Shown piece by piece: positions 13,201 to 28,200 of a stretch of 64,000 nt of DNA; within the stretch, counting starts at the first letter, position 1, and every line of letters starts with the position of its first letter. Both the position numbers and the translations under genes were made by a program. The notes beneath the pieces are model-generated. The model did no database searches and was not told the origin of the DNA. It saw only the letters and a program-made list of their open reading frames with translations. This DNA is from Somniosus microcephalus (taxonomy: Eukaryota). Location of the stretch: the NCBI GenBank assembly GCA_052327205.1, contig CM126211.1, positions 179,180,001 to 179,244,000 of the forward strand, read 5' to 3'.

Positions 13201-16200
13201 GTACTGCTTTGGGATCCTGGCCGAGCTGTTTTTGTTACTGTAATTGCTCTAATTTAAAAAAAAAATGTTATTCTAAAAGACATATATATAAACACGCTTT
13301 TTCAATACATATACTTTCCAAAAGATGATTTTTTTTTATTTTTTTTTTAAACTGATTCACTACACTTCTCCATACCACAGTAGTTAATCTAAATTTATAA
13401 GAAAGCTCCTGAGCATTTTTCCCATTTACATTAAAAAGAAAGAAAATGGCAAACAAGTCATACAGGTTTTTCCCAATTAAATATTGGGAAGACCGAAGCC
13501 ATTGTTTTCGGTCCACGCCACAAACTCTGTTTCCTAGCCACTGACTCCATCCCTCTCCCTAACATCTGTGAGGCTGAACCACACTGTTCGCAACCTTGGT
13601 GTCATATTTGACCCTGAAATGAGCTTCCGACCACATATCCACAGCATAACTAAGACCGCCCATTTCCACCTCCGTAACATCGCCCATCTCCGCCCTTGCC
13701 TCAGCTCATCCGCTGCTGAAACCCTCATCCATGCCTTTGTCACCTCTAGACTTGACTATTCCAACGCACTCCTGGCTGGCTTCCCACATTTCACCCTATG
13801 TAAACTTGAGGTCATCCAAAACTTGGCTGCCGTGTCCTAACTCGCACCAAATCCCGTTCGCCCATCACCCCTGTGCTCGCTGACCTACATTGGCTCCCGG
13901 TTAAGCAGCGCCTCGATTTCAAAATTCTCATCCTTGTTTTCAAATCCCTCCATGGCCTCACCCCTCCATATCTCTAATCTCCTTCAGCCCCACAACCTCC
14001 CCCACCACCCCCGAGATATCTGCGCTCCTCTAATTCTGCCCTCGAGGATCCTTCATTATAATCGCTCAACCATCGGTGGCCGTGCCTTCTGTGCCTAGGC
14101 CCTAAGCTCTGGAATTCCCTGCCTAAACCTCTCTGCCTCGCTACCTCTCTTTCCTCCTTTAAGACGCTCCTTAAAACCTACCTCTTTGACCAAGCTTTTG
14201 GTCACCTGCCCTAATTTATCCTTATGTGGATTGGTGAGAAAAGTTTTGTCTTAAAATACTCCTGTGCAGCGCCTTGGGACGTTTTACTACATTAAAGGTG
14301 CTATATCAATACAAGTTGCTGTTGCTGTTTAATTAAGTTGTCTTTTGAATAAGCTTTTCGGACCTACAAAATAATATACTTTCAATTATTTCAGATCTGA
14401 TTGAGAAGGTTCTGGATCACCTAAATAAAAGCAAAAATACTGCAGATGCTTAAAATCTGAAATAGAAACAGAAAATGCTGGAAATACTCAACAGGTCCGG
14501 CAGCATCTGTGAAGAGAGAAACAAAGTTAACGTTTCAAGTCAATGACCTTTCTGACAACCTGAAACTTTAACTCTGTTTCTCTCACCACAGATGCTGCCT
14601 GACCTACTGAGTACTTCCAGCATTTTCTGTTTTTATTCTGGATCACCTATACGATTCACAATGTTGCAGGGAAATCCTGAGTGCATTGCTCATTCCCCTG
14701 TCTGGAGCAGTACAGTCAGGTTTGCCTGCAACAGCGGGAGTTGAAAACATCCACAGGTGACTCATGAATGACTTGAAAGATATAAAATTATAGTATTTAT
14801 TTAACTTACTTGCACGAGTACGAGTTTACAAATGTGTTCCTTAGGTAGATGCATCAAAACTATCTCTGTATATTTAAGCGTAAAAATTGTAATTTCTGAA
14901 AACATTTTATCCAAATAAACTCATACTCCTGTAAAATGTTATATATCTCACATTTGCATGTACTTCCTGGCAACTTTTGCCATTTTAAATTCCTATGTCC
15001 ACATTTATAATAGAAAGTGCCTTTTAAACTTATCACAATGTAATTACATCCTCCCCCAGTGCAGTGGAGGTGCTGCATCAAGAATAGGGACAAGGTGTTA
15101 TTACAGCATGACGAGGTTACATAAGTAGTTTCTATTATAAATAGGGCTTTCCATAGTTGTGCTAAATTCCAGGCTCCCTCCTTCACAGTGCTGCGAGTTC
15201 AAAGGATCCCAATGCTACCAAACCAGCAGCCCAATTTCAATACCATCAAACTTCTGGATCCTCATCCCAGTTCTGCCAAACCCCAGGTTCATTTCCCAGT
15301 GCTACCACACTCCAGGACCATTCCCTAGCACTACCAAACCACAGAACCATTCCCACCACTATGAAAGCCCAACATTGCCCTTAGTGCAATGAAACCCCAC
15401 TCCTGTTCCCAAGTACTACCAAATGCCAGTGTTCACCTCCAGCTAGTACATCTTGGCTTCCATCTTGCTGTCTATTCTCAGAATGTAAAATGGTATGGGA
15501 TAATTAAATATATACATAAATAAAGGAATATATCTGGACTTTAAATACCACAGTTTACAGAGAATATGAAGAGGCTAGTTGTGAAATTCAATCACCAAAT
15601 TTCAAATTTGTATAAAGGTTTGTGTATGTCTTTGAACAAGTGATTTTAAAAAATGACAATGTACTGACTACACATCTTTTGTCTTGTGTTCTATGACGTT
15701 GAGGGGCAGGTGTTGAGAGATGGGGTTATGAGAGAGAGAGCGCAAGGTTAAAAGAGGAAGAGGGGTAGGCTGAGAGACAGACAGAATGAAAGAGAGAGAT
15801 AGACTGACAGTTTCTTTCCTTATTCTAATTTCCTCGAATTTCCGTGATCCCATTTATGCCGAAATGTATGCTGATCTTGCCGACGGGAATTTAGGACCAA
15901 ATTTCCTGCAAAGCATTTATGGCTACACTGGAATGTAAAAACAAGCACAAATGATGCGCCACCAATAGGGGCAATAGCGACTGGTCTGTCTTCTGCCACA
16001 CTGAGCTTCTTGCCACTGCTTTTCCTCTTCCATTATTATGCAGAACAGGGTTCCCAGAAAATTTGGGGTGTAAATCTACGCCAGCGCATTACTGGAGTAA
16101 ATGCAGGAAACTCGCATGACCTGGTCTTTTGCATGGGATCAGAGCTACCCAAGTGATTGGCAGAGGATTTCAGTGGACGTATCTCAAATGTAATGCAAAC

Positions 16201-19200
16201 GATCAAGGAAATTCATGCATACTGATGTTTCTGTGTAAAACAGGCATAGTTACGTGTGAAGTTCCTCACAAAAACCCGTAGTTACACTAAAAAGTTCCAG
16301 GAAATTCCGGAGTTGATTTCTTTTTTTAAACAAACTGAATTTTGACAAATCCTCTGAGGGAAACAAACTGGAGGAGGAGGAGGAGGAACTGGCTGAAGGT
16401 GAAGAGGTCTCTGACTTGAGAGATGGGGTCATGAGAGAGAGCGCAAGGTTAAAAGAGGAAGAGGGGTAGGCTGAGAGACAGACAGAATGAAAGTGAGAGA
16501 GAGACTGACAGTTTCTTTCCTTATTCTAATTTCCTTGATCCCATTTATGCTGATTCAGGGAGCAATTCAGAGTGGCTGGAGGATTAAGTGTAAGATGTGA
16601 CAAGAGACCAAGGGAACGGGAAGATACAGAGGTTGAGCAGCTTACTTCAAAGGGGAAGAGGTAGGAATAGTGATGGGACAAGGTGGTAGAATGAGGAAGA
16701 GGTGGGGGGAAGGTTAAAGGAGAAGGGGCCGGAGCACATGATTGGGGTAGGGGATGGGAGAGGAGCAGCTGAAGGCCACATTTTTCCCACAATCCCTACC
16801 CCAAATCCAGCCTGTGGTGGCTTTCTTCCCACCAGATCACACCACATTACCCTTCACCTCCCATCTGAAAAGAAACAAGAAGCAAAAAGAGCTAAGAGGA
16901 GAAAAGCAGAAAAGGGAAAAAGAGACACAGAAGCAAAACAGAGACAGAGAAACAAAGCACAAAGACATCAGAGAGTAACCATATTCTCCAACCTACCTCG
17001 TGCAATGCCACAGGAGATTTGACTAATATTTATAATGGGCCGTAATTTGCCAAAAAAATAATCGTGTGAACGACACACGTTATTAACGTGCAAAGCGGCC
17101 AGCAATGTGTGGTGAAGAGGAGATATCTTGTGAATTGCAAATCTTCACAAGTTGCTGGGCGATTTGCACCGCTCCGGTTAGCTTTGCAATAACGGCATCT
17201 CACTCTTAACCTCTCCATTAGTTTCCTGAAGTTGCTGGATTTGTACATTAATTGCCCATTAAACTCGCAGAAAGTTAAGTCTAGTAATTAATAGCGCAAG
17301 TACCCTTTGAACCTCTCTGGCCCAGAGAGTGAACAATTAAAAGTGTGGAGTCCCATTCCCTCCGGTAGTGAATTGTTGCTGGATTTTAAAAATGTCAAAT
17401 GTTAAAAAATGTTTTCTTATTTTTCCTTTCTGTCTATATCTAATTTTTTTCCCCCTTCTCTTTATTCCTCTTTCTGTGCCTGATTTGACATTGAATTCAA
17501 CCACTCTAATTTACCCCCCTCCTCAGTTCTTCCTGTTTCTTGCTCAATCCTTAAATCTCATTGGTTAAGGAGACACTCTGTTGGTCCAGTCATTCACCAA
17601 GATCCCAAGTGCTCCTGTCATGCCGTTATCAGCTTGCATTTCCAGCAACTTACAGGGAAAAAGATTTTTGAGCTGAAATGTGCAGGAAAAAGTCTAACTA
17701 ACTGGGCACGCTGCAAAATGCCCTATTCCAGCAAATTCCAGCCTATATGTTAAAAATCTTATGTTTGCGCACACTTCCTAACTATGCCACATGACTTCCT
17801 GTTGTCATGAGCAGGTTGCAACTCATCCAGTTATTGTGGTAGTTTTAGTGACAGATCGACGGCTTCTGTGGCCCATAGTCCTTTATTTATATATTAGACA
17901 TAAATTTACAAACAAGACTTGGGATCAAGTACATTCTTCTCAACTGACAAAAAGATTGGATACCCTGCTCAGGCATTACCAAATTTCTGTATGCATATAC
18001 ACAAATAAAAGCAACGACAATTATAATATGAAGTTAAACCCGTCTGCTGTTGTACTATTCATTACACATCAGTAATGTGAATTTTTGAATCTTGGGTCAG
18101 AGAGAATTCATTAATACTTAAGACTATAATGAACCAGCTTCTTGATCCCCCTGCATTTCCCCAGCTTCCATCCCTTTCCTACTATCCCCTTCCCCACCCC
18201 TCTCTCCAGCTACGCAATTCATTTCCCTCCTCCTAGCCTCTCAACCCTTTTTCTCTCATACCCCATCCCACTCCTATCCCCGCCTCCTCTTCCCCCTCTC
18301 CATCGTACTCTGCTCTTCCCCCTCTCCGCTTGCCTCTTCTCTATCTCTCTCATCACTTTTATCTCTTCGCTCCACCTCCCATACTTCCCAGCTCTGCTCT
18401 AGCTGCTCCTCCTTCCTCCCCTCTCCAATCTGGCATCAATTACCATATTGCTGTCATTGGTTGCAGCTATGTGGGCACTTCCTCCGAACTGCAACCCCAC
18501 TCGGGTAGCTTTCAATTCCGTGCCCACATTCCCGAAACTCTAACTCTTCTTTGGCCTCATACCATGCTCTACCTTCCTCTTCTCCCCTCTCTCCTGACTT
18601 TTAACCCTGCTCTACTTTCTACACCCCCTGGCCTCTAACCCTTCTCTAGCTACTGCACGGCCCCCAAATATAACCCTGCTTTACTGTGCCCCTTAACCGC
18701 TAACCCTCCTCTACCTTTCTCCCACCTCTAACCCTGTTCTACCTTCCCCCTCCCCTGTACCCTTGCTCTACCTTTCCCCTCCCGCCTCCAGCACTACAGT
18801 TCTCTCAGCCCTAGTCTAATTACCCATTGCCCTCTAACTCTATTTAACCTGAAAAATTCCACTTGCTCTTGAGCTTCGATGTGCAACCTCACGGGAGACT
18901 GAGTGTGTGTATGCATCTGTCAGTTCAGAATTATTGATCAAAAATAATTTATTTCACAACAATATACACACAATGCAGTGCAATAACAGAACCACTAACA
19001 TTTTTTTCTTAATTCTCACACTGAACGAGCAACATGTCAGTATGCTCACATCATCCTAAATACATTGGGTGAGAGTTTTGTCTCTACTGCCTGGGTAGAA
19101 TACAGAAAGGAAAATCGAACAGAGAGAAATGTACGCCTGTTAACAGAGCCTGTCTAATTTTTCTTCTATTCGTTTAAATGGAAGAAAAATTGGGCGCTTT

Positions 19201-22200
19201 CAGTCATCAGTGTGCATTCCTCCCTGTCCAATTCTCCACTCTGCTCAGCCCAGCCGTTACTTTATTCCCAGGTGGGACAGACAAAAATCTAGCTCTCATA
19301 AACCCCTGTACTTTGGCAGCGACAAAAGCCGAGATACAGTCCCATGACAGATGCCCAAGAGTGCCTCACAGTAAAGGTTGACTATTGAGGCTGCAGGAAG
19401 CGGTGTCTGATCATATCCTCACCCTACATTCACGGATGTGCATTTTCTAGCAGAGCTCAGTGGATTATGAGAAGCAGGAATCCAGGTTGCTTTTCCCCCT
19501 TCCTAACTCGGAGATGCTGAATGCAATTATACTGCTCCATCATTGCCCAGCTGGGGGATGCAATATTAGAGCGCTATTCTGGAATTTTACTTGTTTTACT
19601 TTTTTTTGGTGGTTGGGGGGGGGGGGGGGGGGGTGTATTAGTGAGAATTTTTCAGACCCTCTCTTCAGGAGATGAAATGGGTTGGACAGAGTCCAAGACA
19701 CTGTCGAGTATATCGGGATGAAAAAGGAATGCTTCTGATGGATTTTTCTTGTTCTATGCTTTTTTTTGTATTCTTAAATGTGAATGGTACGTCGAGTGCT
19801 TACCTTCCACAGTGCACCACCACAGCAACCAGGTCATACATTCTGTCTGGATTGGTGGCATCTCCTGATGTGTTGAATAGTCGGAGTTCTAAAGGAAAGA
19901 CTACTCTGTAGGATAACTTTGTGTATCGATGCAATTGATCCATATATTTGAACCTCTTCAGATGAAGAGCTAAAATCATAGGCAGCTTTTTTACTTTCAT
20001 CCTGCAAAAGGACATGTGACAAATGTTACAATACAAATAGCATACAGTTCCATTTTGATAATATAATCTGTTTTAGAGCTAGCAGATTAGGCTCAAACTT
20101 CTTATTTGCATGTTTTAGTTATAGAGCTAATTTTTCCACCTACTGACTAGATTATAAACTTTTCCAAGGTCCCTGCCCTCTTCCTCACCCAACTTTAATT
20201 CATCCAAGTGACATGTCAGTACCGTGTGGTTGTTCAAGAGTGTATGCTGCTAGCCTATATCTGTGGTTTGAGAACTCCTCTTGCACAGATAAAACTTCAT
20301 GTATATTTCCTTCTATATCTAACAGATAAACATTGTTCTGAAGGTTAGATTGGTTTCCAACAAAGGGACCCTATCTCCTATCAAAAGTTATTATTTAGTA
20401 CATTGGACTTTTAAGTAAGTAAATGATTCCTCACTTATTATACAACTAACAGGCAGATGTGTTTTTATGTAATCAGCATTAGCATATACTTACACTGTCG
20501 CATCCAGTAGTGAATGGTGGTGGACAACTAAACAGGAAGAGGGGGCTCCAGGAATATCCACATTTTCAATGATGGCGGAGCCCAGCATGCGAGTGCAAAA
20601 GACAAGGCTGAACCATTTGCAACCATCTTCAGCCGGAAGTGCAGAGTGGATGATCCATATCGTCATCCTCCCGAGGTCCCCACCATCACAGAAGCCAGTC
20701 GTCAGCCAATTCGATTCACGCCACGTGATATCAAGAAACGGCTGAGCGCATTGGATACAGCAAAGGCTATGGGCCCCGACAACATCCGGCTGTCATGCTG
20801 AAGACATGCTCCAAAACCAGCCGCGCCTCTAGCCAACCTGTTCCAGTACAGCTGCAACACGGGCATCTACCTGACAATGTAGAAACCTGCCCAAGTACGT
20901 CCTGTCCAAAAAATGCAGGACAAATCCAATCCAGGCAATTACCGCCCCATTAGCCTACTCTCAATTATCAGCAAAGTGATGGAAGGTGTTGTCGACAGTG
21001 CTAACAAGTGGCACTTACTCACCAATAACCTGCTCACCGATGCTCAATTTGGGTTCTGCCAGGACCACTCAACTCCAGACCTCATTACAGCCTTGGACCA
21101 AATATGGACAAAAGAGCTGAATTCCAGAGGTGAGGCGAGAATGACTGCCCTTGACATCAAGTCAGCATTTGACCGAGTGTGGCATCAAGGAGCCCTAGTA
21201 AAATTGAAGTCAATGAGAATCAGGGGGCAAACTCTCCACTGGCTGCAGTCATAACTGGCACAAAGGAAGATGGTTGCGGTTGTTGGAGGTCAATCATCTC
21301 ATCCTCAGGACAGCACTGTAGGAGTCCCTCAGGGCAGTGTCCTACGCCCAACCATCTTCAGCTGCTCATCAATGACCTTCCCTCCATCATAAGGTCAGAA
21401 GTGGGAATGTTCGCTGATGACTGCACAGTGTTCAGTTCCATTCACAACTCCTCAGATAATGAAGCAGTTCATGCCCGCATGCAAGACCTGGATGGCATTC
21501 AGGCTTGGGCTGATGTGTGGCATGAATGTTACTTGCCGCTTAAGTGCCAGGCAATGACTATCTCCAACAAGAGAGTTTACCCACTACCCCTTGACATTCA
21601 ATGGCATTACCATCGCCAAACCCCCCACCAACATCATCCTGGGGGTCACCACTGACTAGAAACCTAACTGGACCAGCCACATAAATACTGTGGCAACAAG
21701 AGCGGGTCAGAGGCTGGGTATTCTGCGGCAAATGTCATAGAAACATAGAAGATAGGAGCAGGAGTAGGCCATTCGGCCCCTCGAGCCTGCTCCGCCATTC
21801 AATGAGATCATGGCTGATCATCCAAACTCAGTATCCTGTCCCTGCCTTCTCCCCATATCCCTTGATCCCCTTAGCTTTAAGAAACATATCCAACACCTTC
21901 TTGAATATATTTAATGAATTGGCCTCCACTGCCTTCTGTGGTAGAGAATTCCACAGGTACACCACTCTCTCGGTGAAGAAATTCCTCATCTGTCCAAAAT
22001 GGCCTACCCCTTATCCTTAGGCGGTGACCCCTGGTTCTGGGCTCACCCGCCATCGGGAACATCCTTCCTGCATCTAGTCTGTCTAGGCCTGCTAGAATTT
22101 TATAAGTTTCAATGAGATCCCCTCTCATTCTTCTAAACTCCAGTGAGAATAAGCCCAATCGACCCAATCTCTCCTCATACGTCATTCCTGCCATCCCAGG

Positions 22201-25200
22201 TAACAGTCTGGTGAATCTTCACTGCACTCCCCCCAGGTAACAGTCTGGTGAATCTTCACTGCACTCCCTCCATGGCAAGAACATCCTTCCTCAGATAAGG
22301 CGACCAAAACTGCACACAACACTCAAGATGTGGTCTCACCAAGGCCCTGTACAACTGCAGCAAGACATCCTTGTTCTTGTACTCAAACCCTCTCGCTATG
22401 AAGGCCAACATACCATTTGCCTTCTTAACCGCCTGCTGCACCTGCATGCTTAACTTCAGCGATTGGTGCACAAGGACACCCAGGTCTCGTTGAACTTCCC
22501 CTTCTCCCAATCGATTGCCGTTCAGATAATAATCTGCTTTCCTGTTTTTGGCACCAAAGTGGATAACCTCGCATTTATCCACATTATACTGCATCTGCCA
22601 TGCTTCTGCCCAATCACCCAACCTGTCCAAATCATAATGGAGTTTCTCGGCATCCTCCTCACAGCACACACGCCCACCCAGCTTTGTGTCGTCTGCAAAC
22701 TTGGAGATATTACATCTAGTTCCCTCGTCTAGATCATTTATATATAGTGTGAATAGCTGGGGTCCTAGGACCGATCCCTGCGGTACCCCACTAGTCACTG
22801 CCTGCCACTCGGAAAAAGAGCCGTTTATTCCAACTCTTTGCTTCCTGTCTGCCAACCAGTTCTTTATCCAAGTCAGTACCTTGCCCCCAATCCCATGTGC
22901 CTTAACTTTACACGCTAATCTCTTATGCGGGACCTTATCGAAAGCCTTCTGAAAGTCCAAATACACCACATCCACTGGTTCTCCCTTATCTATTCTACCA
23001 GTTATATCCTCAAAAAATTCCAGTAGATTAGTCAAGCACGATTTACCTTTTGTAAATCCATGTTGACTTTGTCCGATCCTGTCACTGTTTTCCAAGTGCT
23101 CTGCTATTACATCTTTTATAATGGATTCTAGCATTTTCCCCACTACCAATGTCAGGCTTACTGGTCAGTAATTCCCCGTTTTCTCTCTACCACCTTTTTT
23201 GAATAGTGGGGTAACATTAGCTACCCTCCAATCCATGGGAACTGTTCCAGAGTCTATAGAATTTTGGAAGATGACCAGTAATGCATTTACTATTTCTAGG
23301 GCCACTTCCTTAAGTACCCTAGGATGTAGATTATCAGGCCCTGGGGATTTATCGGTCTTCAATCCCGTCAATTTCCCTAACAATACTGATTTCTTTCAGT
23401 TCCTCCTTCTCATTAGACCCTTTGTTCCCCGACATCTCTGGGAGGTTATTTGTGTCCTCCTTTGTGAAGACAGAACCAAATTATGTATTTAATAATTGGT
23501 CTGCCATTTCTTTGTTCCCTATTATAAATTCCCCTGATTCTGACTGCAAGGGACCTATGCTTGACTTCACCAATCTTTTTCTCTTCACATATCTATAAAA
23601 GCTTTTACAGTCAGTTTTTATGTTCCCTGAAAGCTTACTCTCATACTCTATTTTCCCCCTCTTAATTAATCCCTTTGTCCTCCTTTGCTGAATCCTAAAC
23701 TGCTCCCAATCCTCAGGATTATTGCTTTTTCTGGCCAATTTATATGTCTTCTCCTGGGATCTTATGCTATCCCTAATTTCCCTTGTTAGCCACAGTTGAG
23801 TCACCTTTTTTGATTTATTTTTATGCCAAACAGGGATGAACAGATTCTGTAGTTCACCCATGCGATCTTTGAATGTTTGCCATTGCCTATCCACCGTCAA
23901 CCCTTCGAGTAACATTCCCCAATCAATCCTATCCAACTCGCGCCTCATACCATCGTAGTTTCCTTTATTTAAATTGAGGACCCTAGTCTCTGAGTCAACT
24001 ACTTCACTCTCCATCTTAATGAAGAATTCTATCATATTATGATCGCTCCGACCCAAGGGGCCTCGCAGAACAAGATTGCTACTTAATCCTTTCTCATTAC
24101 ATAATACCCAGTCTAAGATGGCCGGATCTCCAGTTGGTTCCTCGACATATTGGTCCAGGAAACCATCTCGTATACACTCCAGGAATTCCTCCTCCACAGT
24201 ATTGTTACTAATTTGGTTAGCCCAATCTATATGTAGATTAAAGTCACCCATGATAACTGCTGTGCCCTTATTGCACGCATCTCTAATTTCCCTTTTAATG
24301 CCATCCCCAACCTCCGCATTACTGTTTAGGGGTCTGTATACCACTCCCACTAACGTTTTCTGCCCCATGGTGTTTCTCAATTCTACCCATACAGATTCCA
24401 CATCATCAGAGCTAATATCCTTCCTTTCAATTGTGTTAATCCCCTCTTTAACCAACAATGCTACCCCGCCTCCTTTTCCTTTTTGCCTATCTTTCCTGAA
24501 TATTGAATATCCCTGGATGTTGAGTTCCCAGCCTTGGTCACCCTGGAGCCATGTTTCCGTAATCCCAATCATATCATATCCGTTTACCTCTATTTGCGCA
24601 GCTAATTCATCCACCTTATTATGAATGCTCCTCGCATTAAGACACAAGGCCTTCAGGCCTCCTTTACCTTCAAAGCCTTTCCACCATCTACAAGGCACAA
24701 GTCAGGAGTGTGATAGAATACTCTTCACTTGCCTGGATGAGTACAGCTCCAACAACACTCAAGAAGCTCAACACCATCCAGGACAAAGCAGCCCACTTGA
24801 TTGGCATCCCATCCACCACCTTAAACATTCACTCCCTCCAACACCGGCGTACCGTGGCTGCAGTGTGTACCATCTACAAGATGCACTGCAGCAACTCGTA
24901 CCATCTACAAGATGCACTGCAGCAACTCGCCAAGGCTTCTTCGGCAGCACCTCCCAAACCTGCGACCTCTACTACCTAGAAGGACAAGTGCAGCAGGCAG
25001 GTGGGAGCACCACCACCTGCAAGTTCCCCTCCAAGTTACACACCATCCTGACTTAGAAATATATCACCATTCCTTCATCGTCGCTGGGTCAAAATCCTGG
25101 AAGTTCCTTTCCTAACAGCACTGTGGGAGTACCTTCACAAGTACTGCAAGTGGTTCAAGAAGGCGGCTCACCACCACCTTCTCAAGGGCAATTAGGGATG

Positions 25201-28200
25201 GACAATAAATGTTGGCCTTGCCATGGACGCCAACATCCCAGGAAGAAAAACTCCTTGGTACAAAGTATACGATAGCATAAAATCTATTATATAGAAAATT
25301 AAATTGATATTTATTTTAATGGCCAAGTTTAGAAATACTTATAAAGCTCAGGAATACAGACATTACATTTGTACTGGATAGACAGAGATCAAATCAATTT
25401 GTTCGAGTTCAAAGCTTTAAAAGCACCACAGAACTGAGGAAATTATGCTTGATCCTCCAGTCTCAATTTTCTGATTTCATCTGTGCTGCTATGCCCAACT
25501 GCCTCCCTTGCAAGGAAGAGGGAAAATCAGAGCGACACATATCTTCAAGCAAGTTCTATAAACTTGTCAGCCAGCTCAATATGGCACTGGTAAAGACTTA
25601 GGAGCAGATCATCCATCTACTTTCTCAGCTGCAATTAGTGCACAGCACAGGGAGATCAGAGAAAATACTGTGATGTCCCTGAAATCTCTGCATTTGCCCT
25701 ATGCTGACTGTTCCTTCAGTGTGTAGCTAGCTGGAAGAAACTTCCCCTTTGAGATTGGGTAAGCTCCTGTAGTAAGGAGAGTAGCTGATCAACAGTATAA
25801 TTTTAAATCAAATGTAGTAATCTAAATTTGAAAAATTGTTTCAATCAGCCCAACTATCAAACTGCACTAATTTATGAAACTTTGTTTTTCAATATACAAG
25901 TTTATGGTGCACCATTGAAGAACTAGTTCATTCAGGCGATATTAGACCCCGACAATGTAGACGAGGTAATTCATCCAATGGCCAACTCCTGTATTTGGAC
26001 ACTAGAAAATCATGACAATGTACAACCTTCAGATAATAAAGTCTCAAAGGGTTGAAAAATGAATTTTAGAACTGGCTTTCAGTCAGTCAATGTTCGTCTC
26101 AGGCGAGTCTTGGAAGACAAGGAAAGTAGATACAGGGATCCCTCCCCAACCGCAGGTTTGTCATAAGCGAATTTCACGTATACACGGTTTCCACTCTGCG
26201 ACAATTTTTGTCAACCGCGGCAGTGAAATTCGCATATGCGCGGTTTTTAATTTAGGAACAAGGTAAAAAAACATGATTTTTATGCTATTTATATGCTTTT
26301 TATATTCTTTTTTATTGTGTTTATAGTGAATTTGCCAACTGCGGTTTTACCGGATATACAAAAATGCATTAGGAAAAAAAGGGGGGCTTTTGGCAGTTAC
26401 AAAAGACAAAAGACGGTGGAAGCCCTAGAGGAGTATAAGAGGTGCAGGGGCATACTTAAAAAGGAAATTAGGAGGGCGAGGAGGGGCCATGAAATAACAC
26501 TGGCGAGCAAAATAAAGGAAAATCCTAAGATGTTTTATAAGTATATTAAGGGCAAGAGGATAACCAGGGAAAGGGTAGGGCCCATTAGGGGCCAAAGTGG
26601 CAATCTGTGTGTAGAGCCAGATGAAGTAGGTGGGGTTTTAAATGAATTTTTTGCCTCAGTGTTCACTATGGAGAAAGACGATGTAGATATAGAAGTCGGG
26701 CAAGGGGACTGTGACATACTTGAACATATTAGCATCGAGAGGGAGGAGGTACTAGCGGTTTTAGCAGGCCAAAAAGTGGATAAATCCCCAGGCCCGGACG
26801 AGATGTATCCCAGGCTGTTGTGTGAGGCAAAGGAGGAGATTGCAGGGGCTCTGACACAAATTTTCAGAACCTCTCTGGCCACAGGGGATGTACCAGAGGA
26901 CTGGAGAACAGCTAATGTAGTACCATTATTCAAGAAGGGTAGCAGGGATAAACCAGGGAATTACAGGCCAGTGAGCCTAACATCTGTGGTAGGGAAATTA
27001 TTGGAAAAAATTCTGAGGGACAAAATTAGTCTCCACTTGGAGAGGCAAGGATTAATCGGGGATAGTCAGCATGGCTTTGTCAAGGGTAAATCATGTCTGA
27101 CCAATCTGATTGAATTTTTCGAGGGGGTGACTAGGTGTGTGGATGAGGGAAATGCTGTGGATGTGGTTTACATGGACTTCAGTAAAGCTTTTGACAAGGT
27201 CCCGCATAGGAGACTGGTCAAGAAGGTAAGAGCCCATGGGATCCAGGGGGCCTTGGCGCGTTGGATCCTAAACTGGCTGAGTGGCAGGAGGCAGAGGGTG
27301 ATGGTCGAAGGTTGCTTTTGTGACTGGAAGCCTGTGTCCAGTGGGGTACCTCAGGGATCGGTGCTGGGTCCCTTGCTGTTTGTGATCTACATTAATGATT
27401 TGGATGAGAATGTAAAGGGTATGATCAGTAAGTTCGCGGATGACACGAAAATTGGTGGGGTGGTAAATTGCGAGGAGGAAAGCCTCAGGCTACAGGACAA
27501 TATTAACGGGTTGGTCAGATGGGCGGAAAAGTGGCAAATGGAATTTAACCCGGAAAAGTGCGAGGTGATGCATTTTGGACGGACAAATAAGGCAAGGGAA
27601 TACACAATGAGTGGTAGGACCCTAGGAAGTACAGAGGGTCAGAGGGACCTTGGTGTACATGTACATAGATCCCTGAAGGCAGCGGAACAGGTAGATAAGG
27701 TGGTTAAAAAGGCTTATGGGATACTTGCCTTCATTAGCAGAGGCATAGAATATAAGAGCAGGGAGGTTATGATGGAGCTGTACAAAACGCTGGTGAGGCC
27801 ACAGCTGGAGTACTGTGTGCAGTTCTGGTCGCCTCACTATAGGAAGGATGTGATTGCTTTGGAGAGGGTGCAGAGAAGATTCACCAGGATGTTACCTGGG
27901 ATGGAGCGCCTCAGCTATGAAGAGAGACTGGACAGGCTGGGGTTGTTTTCCTTGGAGCAAAGAAGGCTGAGGGGGGACCTGATTGAGGTGTACAAAATGA
28001 TGAGGGGCATAGATAGGGTAGATAAAGAGGAACTTTTCCCCTTAGTAGGGGGGTCAATAACAAGGGGGCACAGATTCAGGGTAAGGGACAGGAGATTTAG
28101 GGGGGATTTGAGGAGGAACTTTTTCACCCAGAGGGTGGTTGGAAGCTGGAACTCACTGCCTGAAAGGGTGGTAGAGGCAGGAACCCTCACAACATTCAAG

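Noticed and set aside
14520-14572. Functional hammerhead ribozyme in the Penelope remnants (also 52648-52670)
   Set aside because: At 14520-14572 the CTGATGA core is missing; at 52648 CTGATGA is present but the stem II/GAAA part is degenerate.
23481-24698. 405-aa stand-alone endonuclease gene with a novel N-terminus
   Set aside because: The start is GTG from the antisense strand of the host LINE; the rest is ordinary CR1 ORF2 broken downstream.
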